Assembly (NCBI GenBank): GCA_038087875.1
Contig: CM075988.1
Span: 23,872,001-23,936,000, forward strand
Origin: Malacoraja senta
Taxonomy: Eukaryota
Direction: 5' to 3'
Length of the DNA stretch: 64,000 nucleotides
The position numbers and the translations under genes were made by a program. Every line of letters starts with the position of its first letter. Positions within the stretch are counted from its first letter, which is position 1. The notes beneath the pieces were generated by a model, which did no database searches, was not told where the DNA came from, and saw only the letters and a list, made by a program, of their open reading frames with translations. Positions 12,530 to 24,614 of this stretch are shown here, piece after piece.

Positions 12530-12800
12530 TAAGGCTCTCTAGGGGAGGACCACAGTCTAGGGTCCTTCCGCTGCTGGACATGGGGGGCAGGGTGTGGTGG
12601 AGACGCCCGTCAAAATAAGGGAAGAGATTCCACGCCAGTGGGCCACATGAGAGGCAAGGATGGGGCGTTAATTTGTGTAAACAGTGTTGAATGTATATAT
12701 CGCCTCCGAGAATGTCGGGTGGAGTCTTGTAAGGATCGTGATTGTATTGGATATATTTATTTCTCGAATAAAGTATATGTTGAAATAAATTTAAAAAAAT
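12530..12800 (+). mobile_element. Probable Tx1/L1-type LINE 3' UTR with poly(A)
   Basis: Ends GAATAAAGTATATGTTGAAATAAATTTAAAAAAA; a second partial copy is inverted at ~46770-46885. Confidence 0.55.
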
Positions 12801-13065
12801 CTCCAAAGTAAACTGGACTAAGTGAAGTGTGAATCTTAATGATCCTGTGTTATGTTATTTTGCAATCACAGGGGTGATTAGTTATGAGATTCAGTTACAA
12901 ATTGTTGGGGCACTTTGGCAGTTAGCCAGAGTCTGCTGTCCCTTGCTCATTAATGAGAGGTTATGAAACAATATCAGGGCAAGTGTCCTCAGTCAATGCT
13001 GCAAAGTCTGAATGGGAAAACCTCATGTACTCTCTCTGATTTGAGTAAGAAAGGGAAGTTCTGAC

Positions 13066-13445
13066 CAAAGATCCTATTGACCACTCCTGCTAAATGCAAT
13101 GGGCTGACGTGTAGTACGCAACGGAACGGAACCTGGGCCTTTTTTCCATCCATTTCCGTAACCCGACCCGACCCGACTCGCAGTGTAATCAACGTTGCGG
13201 GGGAACAGTTTGTGTTAATAAATTATAATTCTGACAATGAGAAGATTTTTACCAAATAACTTTTATTTTTTCGATGATTGTTTCTGTAACCGGCTCCCGT
13301 CTCCGCACTAGTATCCTATGGGATCTTTGGTGCGGAGACGGAAGCCGGTTACGGAAATGGGGCCGAAAATGACCCATGAATCTGCCCATGACCGTACTAC
13401 GTCTTTTTCGTCGAGTGGACTATCTTGCTCGCTATAGGATCTTTG
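13066..13445. mobile_element. hAT-type non-autonomous DNA transposon (MITE), copy 1
   Basis: TIR CAAAGATCCTAT/ATAGGATCTTTG; 8-bp TSD GTTCTGAC at 13058-13065 and 13446-13453. Confidence 0.85.
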
Positions 13446-13854
13446 GTTCTGACTCCATAGCATCTTTTCCATTCATTGGGGTGTGATTTGTACACATGTG
13501 CCTGGAATAGACTTGAGTTTGACCAATATTTCTGCCCGAGATTACGGACTGAACACGATACGATAGAACTTTATTTATCCCAGGAGGGAAGTTGATCTGT
13601 CAACAGTCATAAAAAACACAAAAAACATGAAATTAAAGTGACGAGTGGAAAGGATTGGGGATGTGCAAAGATGGGGGGGGGGGGTCAGTCTACCCCACGA
13701 CACAAGGGGAGGAGTTGTATTACATGTAGAACCAAGGATCTGGAGATGCTGTTGTACAAAATAAAACGTAGAATTCTGGAGTAACTCAGTGGGTAGGCAG
13801 CATCACTGGAGAACTTGGATCGGTGATGTTTCGGGTCAGGACCCTTCTTCAGAC

Positions 13855-14246
13855 CAAAGATCCTACAGCGAGCAAGATGGTCCACTCGACAAAAAGACGT
13901 AGTACGGTCATGGGCAGATTCATGGGTAATTTTCGGCCCCATTTCCGTAACCAGCTTCCGTCTCCGCACCAAAGATCCCATAGATACTAGTGCGAAGACG
14001 GAAGCCGGTTACGGAAACATCCTCGTAAAAATAAAAGTTCTTTGGTAAAAACCTTCTCCTCATTTTCAGAATTATAATTTATTAACACAAACTGTTCCCC
14101 CGCAACGTTGGTTACACTGCGAGTCGGGTCGGGTCCGGTTACGGAAATGGATGAAAAAAAGGCCCACGTTCCGCTCCGTTGCGTACTACACGTCAGCCCA
14201 TTGCATTTAGCAGGAGTGGTCTATCTTCCTTGCTATATGATCTTTG
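13855..14246. mobile_element. hAT-type MITE, copy 2, inverted relative to copy 1
   Basis: Same TIRs and internal sequence; 8-bp TSD CTTCAGAC at 13847-13854 and 14247-14254. Confidence 0.85.
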
Positions 14247-15632
14247 CTTCAGACTGCTTGCGATGGTGGAAAGGGGAAGCTAGAGGGGAGGAGCAGGAGA
14301 AAGCGTGGCAGGGAATAGGTGAGCACAGACCAGGTTTTTTTCGTTGGATAAGCAGATTTGGTTTTGTTTTGGTTACAGTGTGGAAACAGGCCTTTCAGCC
14401 CATTGAGTCCACATGGACCAGCAGTCACCCCGACACTAGTTAAGCCAATTAACCTGTAAACCTGCACGTCTTTGTAGTGTAGGAGGAAACCGGAGCGCCT
14501 GGAGAAAACTCACACGGCCACAGGGAGTACGAACAAACTGTACAGACAGCACCCGTAGTCAGGATCAAACTCGGGGACTCTGGCGCTGTAAGGCAGCAAC
14601 TCTACCGCTGCGCCACCGTGCCGGCCTAGATGGTTGCATACTATAGCATTTAGTACCTGGCAAATCAGGGTTGGGTTTCACCTTTCGACTGGCACCCCCT
14701 GCTCTTCCCAAACCATGTTGTAACGGTGTCAGGGGGTAATGGGGAGAAGGCAGGAGAAAATTGGGTTGAGAGGGAAAGATAGATCAGCCATGATTGGGCT
14801 GGCGGTGTAGACTTGATGGGCCGAATGGGCCCAATTCTGCTCCTGGAACCAATGAACTTATGAGCTCAGGTCCAATGACGTCAGTGTTTCAAAGTGCCTC
14901 TCCATCTGTTGTTCCATGGCATTATTCTTCCCTGTAGCTTCTTTGTGCCCTACAAGTCTATTGGACATCTTCTCTCAGCCGCTCTAAGCAAGTTACAGAC
15001 CGTTGCTATTGAGTTTCATCATTGAACCATTGGAGAGAGTGCCTTCATTTGTCACATCTTGTACAGTGGATTACATCCCTTAAATACCTTCAGCCTTGAA
15101 CCTCGCCTGCTTCATGCCCCGTGTGAAAACCTGCCTCAGCTGTACTAAAATACCAGGTAGACAAAAATGCAGGAGAAACTCAGCGGGTGCGGCAGCATCT
15201 ATGGAGCGAAGGAAATAGGCAACGTTTCCGGCCGAAACCCTTCTTCAGACCTTCTGTACTAAAATACCAGGCAAGAAGAGTTAAATATGTGTGAGAGTAT
15301 CGCTGTGATAAGCCTTGGGATATTTCAACTTATTAAAAATTTAAAAGAAGCCAAAATGCTGGAACGTCTCAGCAGGTCAGGCAGTGTGTATCAAGAGAGA
15401 AACCACAAATGCCCCTCTGTACATGTATTGATTGAGATATTGATTATTTCTTAGATGTTCTGTTGTTTTATTCTGGATTTCTAACATCTGCATTTCTTTC
15501 TTTTTGTCTCTGTAAATTGTGGTTGGTTTTGTTGCCAGTAGTTTGTGCCCAGTAATTGGGATGCAGTTCGGGATCCTTAGCTGAGTACCTTCATAAATTC
15601 TAGGAGCAGAATTAGACCATTCGGCCCATCGG

Positions 15633-16063
15633 GCTGGACTTGCACACTCTGGAGTTTAGAAGGATGAGAGGGAATCTTATTGAAACATATAAGATTGTTA
15701 AGGGTTTCAACATGCTAGAGGCAGGAAACATGTTCCCGATGTTGGGAGAGTCCAGAACCAGGGGCCACAGTTTAAGAATAAGGGGTAAGCCATTTAGAAC
15801 GGAGACGAGGAAACACTTTTTCTCACAGAGAGTGGTGAGTCTCTGGAATTCTCTGCCTCAGAGGGTTAGGGTTAGAGGCAGGTTCTCTGGATACTTTCAA
15901 GAGAGAGCTAGATAGGGCTCTTGAAGATAGCGGAGTCAGGGGATATGGGGAGAAGGCAGGAACGGGGTACTGATTGGGGATGATCAGCCATGATCACATT
16001 GAATGGCGGTGCTGGCTCGAAGGGCCGAATGGTCTACTCCTGCACCTATTGTTTATTGTCTAT
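15633..16063 (+). mobile_element. CR1 LINE 3' fragment, tail-to-tail with an older CR1 (~16066-16560, -)
   Basis: LEFRRMRGNLIETYKI...WNSLPQR plus CR1 3' UTR. Confidence 0.85.
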
Positions 16064-16684
16064 CGAGTCTACTTCACCATTCAATCATGGCTGATCTATC
16101 TTTCCCTCTCAACCCCATTCTCCTGCCTTCTCCCCATAACCTTTGACGCCCTTACTAATCGAGAACCTGTCAATCTTTGCTTTAAAAATACCCAATGATT
16201 TGGCCTCCACAGCCGGCTGTGGCAATGAATTCCTCTGGCTAAAGAAATTCCTCCTCATCTCCTTTCTAAAGGTACGCCCTTTTATTCTGAGGCTGAGCCC
16301 TCTGGTCCTAGACTCTCCCACTAGTGGAAACATCCTCTCCATGCCCATTCTATCTCGGCCATTCATTATTCAGTAGGTTTCAATGAGATTTCCTCTCATC
16401 CTTCTAAACTCCAGCAAGCGCAGGCCCAGAGCCATCAAATGCTCATCATGCATTAGAAGATTGATGATCATTTAGGGTTAAACCTCCTCTGGACCCTCTC
16501 CAACGTCAGCACATCCTTCCTCTGATATGTGGTCCAAAAACGCTCACAATATCCTCCACCTGAGAATGTGTATCACTCTAAATTGGAGAAATCCTACTGT
16601 TTACAACAATTTGATTGAGAAAAACTTCTTAGTAATAAATGGTCATCTCCTCATTGCAAGACTGCTGTCTTTCTGGACTCTTTA

Positions 16685-17431
16685 TAGACAATAGACAATA
16701 AGGTGCAGGAGTAGGCTATTCGGCCCTTCGAGCCATTCAATGTGATCATGGCTGATCATCCCCAATTAGTACCCCGTTCCTGCCTTCTCCCCATATCCCC
16801 AGACTCCGCTATTTTTAAGAGCCCTATCTAGCTCTCTTGAAAGCATCCAGAGAACCTTCCTCCACCGCCCTCTGAGGCAGAGAATTCCACAGACTCACCA
16901 CTCTCTGTGAGAAAAAAGTGTTTCCTCATCTCCGTTCTAAATGGCTTACTCCTTATTCTTAAACTGTGGCCCCTGGTTCTGGACTCCCCCAACATCGGGA
17001 ACATGTTTCCTGCCTCTAGCCTGTCCAAGCCCTTAACAATCTTACATGTTTCAATGAGATCCACTCTCATCCTTCTAAACTCCAGAGTGTACAAGCCCAG
17101 CTGCTCCATTCTCTCAGCATATGACAGTCCCGCCATCCCGGAAATTAACCTTGTAAACCTACGCTGCACTCCCTCAATAGCAAGAATGTCCTTCCTCAAA
17201 TTAGGGGACCGAAACTGCACACAATACTCCAGGTGTGGTCTCACTAGGGCTCTGTACAACTGCAGAAGGATCTCTTTGCTCCTATATTCGATTCCTCTTG
17301 TTATAAAGGCCAACATGCCATTCGCTTTCTTCACTGCCTGCTGTACCTGCATGCTTACTTTCATAGACTGATGAACAAGGACCCCCAGATCCCGTTGTAC
17401 TTCCCCTTTTCCCAACTTGACGCCATTTAGA
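16685..17431 (-). mobile_element. CR1 LINE ORF2 C-terminal fragment plus 3' UTR
   Basis: ORF 16828-17463: RDLGVLV...KKANGML...LYRALVRPHLEYCVQF...LETCKI, the typical CR1 post-RT domain. Confidence 0.92.
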
Positions 17432-17557
17432 TCAAAGAGAACCTTCTGCCGTGCCAATTCCATTTGGAATCTTGTTTTGGTAACAGGTGAGATTGCGAGT
17501 CAGTTTTAAAAATTGACTCCGCTTGGTCTCACCGATGTAGATCAGCTGACATCTAGA

Positions 17558-18066
17558 GCTGATCTACATCGGTGAGACCAAGCGGAAGGCTTGGCGATCG
17601 TTTCGCCGAACACCTCCGGTCGGTCCGCAATAACCAACCTGACCTCCCGGTGGCTCAGCACTTCAACTCCCCTCCCATTCCGTGTCTGACCTCTCTGTCC
17701 TGGGTCTCCTCCATGGCCACAGCGAGCAACACCGGAAATTGGAGGAAATGCACCTCATATTCCGCTTGGGCAGTCTACATCCTGGGGGCATGAACATTGA
17801 GTTCTCCCAACTCTGCTAGCCCTTGCTGTCCCCTCCCCTTCATCAGCCCTCTGGTTGTCTCCTCCCATCCCCCAGCCCTCGGGCTCCTCCTCCACCATTT
17901 TTCCTTTTTTCTTTCTTCTCCCCACCCCTATCAGTCTGAAGAAGGGTTTCGGCCCGAAACGTTGCCTATTTCCTTCGCTCCATAGATGCTGCTGCACCCG
18001 CTGAGTTTCTCCAGCATTTTTGTGTACCTTCGATTTTCCAGCATCTGCAGTTCCTTCTTAAACACA
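17558..18066 (+). mobile_element. Penelope-like element 3' part: degenerate GIY-YIG endonuclease fragment plus pLTR with hammerhead
   Basis: Frameshifted LIYIGETKR..LGDRFAEHLRSV...PVAQHFNSP...LIFRLGSLHPGGMNIEF, followed by the same pLTR/tail found in the mini-elements. Confidence 0.85.
17933..17966 (+). ncRNA. Minimal hammerhead ribozyme motif, subfamily B (GUU triplet, UUCG loop II)
   Basis: CTGAAGA (17936-17942)-A-GGGT TTCG GCCC-GAAA-CG-TT. Confidence 0.75.
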
Positions 18067-19395
18067 GTAGTTGAGGCCAGTTCATTGGCTATATTTAAGA
18101 GGGAGTTAGATGTGGCCCTTGTGGCTAAAGGGATCAGGGGGTATGGAGAGAAGGCGGGTACAGGATACTGAGTTGGATGATCAGCCATGATCATATTGAA
18201 TGGCGGTGCAGGCTCGAAGGGCCGAATGGCCTACTCCTGCACCTATTTTCTATGTTTCTATGTATCCTGCTCACATTCTCCCATGTGGTAGTCCAACTGG
18301 CATCTTCCAGTCCATTCACTTCAACTAGTCAGTCCTTATGTTTTAATTCGAGGGTAGGTGGGAAAGTTCGTTTTCTCATCTACATGTTCTCAACAAAGTG
18401 GATTGTGTCTCTTTCATACATTGTAATCAGGGAGTCCACCCCATTGGAACCACTGTCCAACCAGAAAACGATAGTTTAACTTGCTCTGTCTCCTTTCTGT
18501 CCTTTAATATCACACTGTTCTTGTTAATATGTTACTGTAATAAGACGTATCAATTTTTTGTAACGACTGTTTAAGAGCTCTTGAAAACCTTCGTTGTACC
18601 GCTTTTACAGTTTACCCTTGTCCGCCCTCTTGCCACCCGAATCGTGAAAAAAAGATTACATTTGTGAAACATGATTTTCCCATCTGAAAATCATGATTAC
18701 TCTGCCTCATAATGATCTGCTAAGTGCCTTGTTGCCACTTCCTTAATGATGGATTCTAGCATTTTTCCAGGCTAATAGGTCTACCGATTCCTATTTTGTG
18801 TTTCTTCTTTCTTAAGTGGCAGTGTTATACATTTGTGACGTTTCCAATCTGTTGGCACCAGAATGTAAGAAGTTTGGCAAGATCGTCACCAATACATGCA
18901 CTATCCCTAAAGCCGCCTCTTTGAGAACATTGGGGTACAAGTTGTCAGTACCAAGGAGGTTTGCTGGGATGATGCTCGCAAAAATGCCGACTGCCAGCAT
19001 GACGGAGGGTTGTTGAAAACTCGGTACGCCCATCCAGGGCTGTGACAAAGGCACTTGCTTTTAAGATCTGAACATGTTTAGCACGGTGGCGCAGCGGTAG
19101 AGGTGCTGCCTTACAGCGCCAGAGTCCTGGGTTCGATCCTGACTACGGGCGCTGTCTGTATGGAGTTTGTACGCACTCCCCCGTGACCTGCGTGGGTTTT
19201 CTCTGGTTTCCTCCCACACTCCAGAGACATGCAGGTCAATTGGCTCAGTGAAATTGCAAATCGTCCCTTGTGTGTGTAGGTTTGTGTTAATGTACGGGGA
19301 TCATTGGTCGGTTGGCCGAAGGATCTGTTTCCTCCGAAACTAAACCAAGGAACCGCGACCATCCGATGGCCAGAGACGGTATCTTTTGCATAGAC

Positions 19396-19770
19396 TTTAG
19401 AAGGATGAGAGGGGATCTCATTGAAACATATAAGATTGTTAAGGGTTTGGACATGCTAGAAGCAGGAAACATGTTCCCAATGTTGGGGGAGTCCAGAACC
19501 AGGGGCCACAGTTTAAGAATAAGGAGTAAGCCATTTAGAACGGAGACGAGGAAACATTTTTTCTCACAGAGAGTGGTGAGTCTGTGGAGGCAGGTTCTCT
19601 GGATGCTTTCAAGAGAGAGCTAGATAGGGCTCTTAAAAATAGCGGAGTCAGGGGATATGGGGGGAAGGCAGGAACGGGGTACTGATTGGGGATGATCAGC
19701 CATGATCACATTGAATGGCGGTGCTGGCTTGAAGGGCCGAATGGCCTACTCCTGCACCTATTGTCTATTG
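19396..19770 (+). mobile_element. CR1 LINE 3' fragment (similar young + strand copies at ~25679-26046, 29355-29741, 40441-40805, 42601-43027, 56277-56655)
   Basis: Near-identical sequence encoding ETYKIVKGLDTLEAGNMFPMLGESRTRGHSLRIRSKPF..., CTATTGT tail. Confidence 0.9.
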
Positions 19771-22700
19771 CTCGGCATCCCGGCGTTGGATTCTTGGCTA
19801 GCCGCTCTGGCCGTCTCGCATCGAGACGTTTCCATCAGGGGCCTTGCAGGAGACCGGAAATCCCGGAGAAAACCCACGCAGGTCACGGGGAGAACGTACA
19901 AACTCCGTACAGATAGCACCCGTAGTCAGGATCAAACCCGGGTCTCTGGGGCTGTGAGGCAGCTACTCTACCGCTTGCTCGAACGCAGCCTCAAACTACA
20001 GCCTCAAAGATCCCGGAACGACGGGCACATCACTGAACCTCCATCTCCTCCGTGAATGAGTAACCTCGTCCAATCCCACCAGGGGACGGCCACCCCCGAC
20101 AACATTCTGTATCCTTAATTTTTTCCAATGCGTTCTCCTTCGTGATATTAATGACTATAAGTTGCTCACTGCCACTGTACACTTTCCTTCTACATATTTG
20201 CTGCATTTATCATGTCCACAAGGATGAAGGCAGATGCACAATATCTATTTACTACCTTCGCCATTTTACTCTCTACAATTGCATCTGTCTTTGTCTGTGA
20301 AGGACCCCTAGGTATTTTAACATTCTCTTCCTTTTTGCATGAATGTGAAAGATATCCCAATCATTCTTTTATATTTCTTCTTTGTGTCCTATAATCTGTC
20401 ATTGTCTTATCTTTACTTGATCATTGATGCTATCAGTCTTCTGCTTCATTCCTTCTTTTGGCGAAACGTTATTAAGTCAGTTATTTTAATTTAATATTGT
20501 GTTTTGACCTTCTTAATTATCCACTTATCTTCTGGAGATTTTTTGTTTCTCAACAAATGTGATTTTTTTGGGAGGGGGGGGGGGAGAATTTAAAAAACAT
20601 TTCCTTGAGTGCTTGCTCCTATTTGTCCCTGCGATATCTGTCTGTTTTCCCGGTGTTGTACGTAAAATGCCAGAGGATTATCTGACTCATAGCTATCGGG
20701 CGAGTGCTTGACGTCGGGACACACAGAGCCTGGTGACCCCTCCCCCATAATGAGCTGCTGTGACGTGGGTGACCTTTGCGGGAGGGTCATTTCATTCAGA
20801 GTGCCAGACAATCTTCAGTCCGCATTACATCAGTGATAAGCAGAATGCAATGAGTAAATTACTGATGTTGGGTTGTTTTTTTCTCTTGCCCCAATGCCAT
20901 GAACTAGGAAAGTAGAATATTAACCAGCGATCTCGTTTATAAAAAAAACACACGTGGGTTTTTAATTGAGACACAAGGAATTGCAGATGCTGGAATCTTG
21001 GACAAAACCCAAAGTGTCGGAGTAACTCGGCGGGTCAGGCAGTATCTCTAGTGGGAACGTTTCAGTCTGGGACCCTTCTTCATTTTTCTTACACCATCAG
21101 TAATCTTAGACAGCCCATATATATTATAGCCATTTACTTATAGAGCATAATGTATTAATGTGGGAACAAATCTGCAGCTAGTTCATGCACAGCAAGATCC
21201 CACATATTTATTGTACATGATCCGGTAATCTGTGAGAAATGTTAGCCAGGGATGATTATTACTTGGGTTACCAGCAAGGAACCCATTTCCCTTGCCTGGA
21301 GCACCCTGCATGGTGGAGAGAAACAGCTAGATGCCCCTTGTGTAAGACTGTCAGCAGAGAATTGGATTGGGTTTGGCTGTGACGTTCCTGTGGTTAAATT
21401 ACCTGGTGGTAATTGCTGTTCAAAGGTTAGTTTAGTTTATAGAGATGCAGCACTGAACATACCTTTCGGACCACCGAGTCCACGCTGCCCAGCGATCACC
21501 CCCGTACACCAGCACCATCCTACACACTAAGGACAATTTAGAATTTTTACCAAAGCCAATTTCCTCCCACTCCTTAGCAGAGTTTTTTTTTTAGTTCTTA
21601 TCAAATTTGTGCAATCTATATATGATTTCTGTTTTTTGTATGTTGCCTGAATGTGGTGCTGGTGTCAGTAAGATTGTCGCTGTACCACACCTGTGCTTTT
21701 GACAATAAACTTGACTTGATTGGAACATGAACATGTGGCGGTGGGATTGACTGTGAGGTCAGGAGCAGGCAAAGCAAATGGTGGTTAAATGTGGTGGAGA
21801 ATACAACTGGTGCCATCCCTGGGAACAGCACTGGTTTGACGAGGTCTGTTTTCACCCTCGACCTGTCTTCAGACGCAATGGAAGATAGACACAAAATGCC
21901 GGAGTAACTCAGCGGGACAGGCAGCATCTCTAGAGAGAAGGAATGGGTGACGTTTCGGGTCAAGACCCTTCTTTCAGACTGGTGAAGAGTTGCTCCTGCA
22001 TTTTGTGTCCATCTTCAAATGACGTCACTCGCTCCAGACGGCTGTGCGGGCGCAAGAAGTCGCGCGCGACCTTCGCTGGACCGTCGCGGCTCAAAGCGAC
22101 CACGAGGTCGCGTAATTAACCTGCCAAGGACACGTAAGTGGGACAGGGGCTTAAGGTGTGGAATCGAGACAAGGGATGGAGATGAAGGAAATGTAGACTA
22201 GACCATTGCCAGCTAGGAGAAGGTAACAACAAAGCAAACAGATAAAATGCAAACAAACACAGTCAGACTGGTCGACACTTTCCTGGTCAATGTAATATCA
22301 GAAATAAGATGCGGTCTCTGTCGATGCCCATGTTTCGGTACAAATTGGCATTGAGTGGGTTGTCTAATTCAGGGGCAGTATGAGGTATAGTGTGATACCT
22401 GGCATTGGAGCAGAGTGGAGGGATGTATTCACAGTGAATGATTTTGACGCGCTGCCTTGTCCGTGCACCAACATCCGTGAACCCAGTCTGCGGAACTGGT
22501 TTAACCGTTTGCCGTCACCTCGCAGGGTTTGACAATTAAATCCCGCAACATGCCGAAGTGAAAGTTGGCAGATTCTCTGATTTCACCGGGAGAGTTGTGA
22601 ATCGGTGGAATTCTCTGCCACTGAAGGCAGTGGAGGCCAATTCACTGGATGTTTTCAAGAGAGAGTTGGATTTAGCTCTTGGGGCTGACGGAATCAAGGG

Positions 22701-23613
22701 CTATGGGAGGAAAGCAGGAACGGGGTACTGATTCTGGATGATCACCCATGATCACATTGAATGGCGGTGCTGGCTGGAAGGGCCGAATGGCCTACTCCTG
22801 CTCCTAGTTTCTATGCTTCTTCACGCGCCTGGTTATTGAAGTGGCGGAGCAGAGGGGACTGGTCTTGGTTTGTGCCCGTAGCAATAGAGCTGGTTTGTGG
22901 GTGATTGTGGACTGTGATGCCCGGATTGAATGCAGTGTCCACAGGCATCACCCCGTGTTGGCCGACTCTGCACATGTAAACTGCATTGTCCTGAGCTGTT
23001 TGTGTATCTTTCTGTGCCTATGCCCATATGATGTTGCTCTGAGAAACAGTATCAACTTGGTGAACAAGTGGTCTCATTCTATGTATTAGCACAATAAGAT
23101 ATAAAGTGTAGTTACTGTACTGAAGACTTCATGGATTTTGAATATAGAAGCTGTCAATGGATGGTCAAGTCGTTTGTGTGAGGAAAGTGGTGGTAGCATC
23201 ACCATATACCGCACCACCCCTGGGGAACTCTGCTGTTCAGCTTCCTCCAGTCCAACACACAACCTCCCACAAAGTACTGGAGTAAAGTTTAAAAAAAAAA
23301 AATCAAACTCGTGGTAATTTTCAGAAGTCATACAAAGTCAAAAATGAATACAAATTAACTTGGAAATAACTTTAGTAAATGTGAGTGAGCTGAGACAAAA
23401 AGATGAGGGATAAAGGTTAGGAGTATGAAGGGACTGCAGATGCTGCTTTAAACCAAAGATAGACACAAAATGCAGGAGTAACTCAGCGGGACAGGCAGCA
23501 TCTCTGGAGAGAAGGAATGGGTGACGTTTCGGACCCGAAACGTCACCCCGTTCCTTCTCTCCAGAGATGCTGCCTGTCCCGCTGAGTTACTCCAGCATTT
23601 TGTGTCTATCTAA

Positions 23614-24614
23614 AGGGCCTGCCCCACTGTACGAGGTAATTCAAGAGCTCTCCCGAGTTTAAAAAAAAAAATCAAACTCGTGGTGAGTACGTAGAATGTA
23701 CGTAGCGGCTACGTCGGAGCTCGAGGATGTCCCGTAGCGGCTCGTAGCGCTAACGGCAGGTACTCGGGAAACGCGGTAACTCGTGAAGTTTTTTCAGCAC
23801 TGTGAAAAATGTCCACGAGAGCCCCCCCCCCCCCGAGTACCTACGAACAACGGCTATTACCGTAATTCTCCGAGTTCGAATCGGGAAACTCGGGAGAACT
23901 CTTGAATTGTATTGTATTGTATTGTATATCTTTATTGTCATTTCCTGAGTATTCGCATACCCAGAGGAAACAAAAAACGTTCCTCAACCAGTGTCCATTT
24001 CAGTGTGTGCAGTGAAAATAAATAGAAGTAAAAATACATATATCATGAACAAATTAACACTCTACTCCAGTAAACATCAACAGGCGTTCCGATCGGCAGC
24101 GGCACGACAGTGGCTCTGCTGCAGTGTGTCCAGGTTGGTGGTTGGTGCACGATACTTTGGCAGGGGACAAAGTCCGTTTATCAGTCTTATAACCTGCGGG
24201 AAGAAGCTGAGGAGCATCCTGCTGGTTTTGCACCTAATGCTCCGGTACCTCTTCCCAGATGGCAGGATGGAGAATATGTGATGCGATGGGTGGTAGGGGT
24301 CTTTGATGATGGAGATGGCTCTGCTGATACATCTCTTCATGTATATGTCCAGCAGGAAAGGGAGTGGAGCACCAATAATCCTGCTGGCGGTCTTCACAAT
24401 CCTGTCTAGTTGGTGCCGTTCGTACGCCTTGCAGCTCCCGAACCAGGAAGTGATGCCGTAGGTTAATGTGCTCTCGATTGTCCCCTATAAAAAGTTCGTA
24501 GGTGTGTAGTGGGGAGACCTGCTTTACGTAGTCTTCGGAGAGGGTGTAGTCGCTGCTGGGCTCTCTTGACCAGTGCTGTGGTGTTGGTCGTGGACGTCCA
24601 GTGGGACAGGCCCT
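23614..24614. mobile_element. PIF/Harbinger-type MITE interrupted by a Rex1/Babar LINE fragment
   Basis: Left TIR AGGGCCTGCCCCAC after TAA, right TIR GTGGGACAGGCCCT followed by TTA; internal sequence matches the MITEs at 32892 and 59323. Confidence 0.7.
23905..24592 (-). mobile_element. Rex1/Babar LINE 3' fragment
   Basis: ORF 24077-24397 KTASRIIGAPLP...IIKDPYHPSHHIFSILPSGKRYRSI...SFFPQVIRLIN; (TACAA)n tail at ~23905-23927. Confidence 0.85.
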
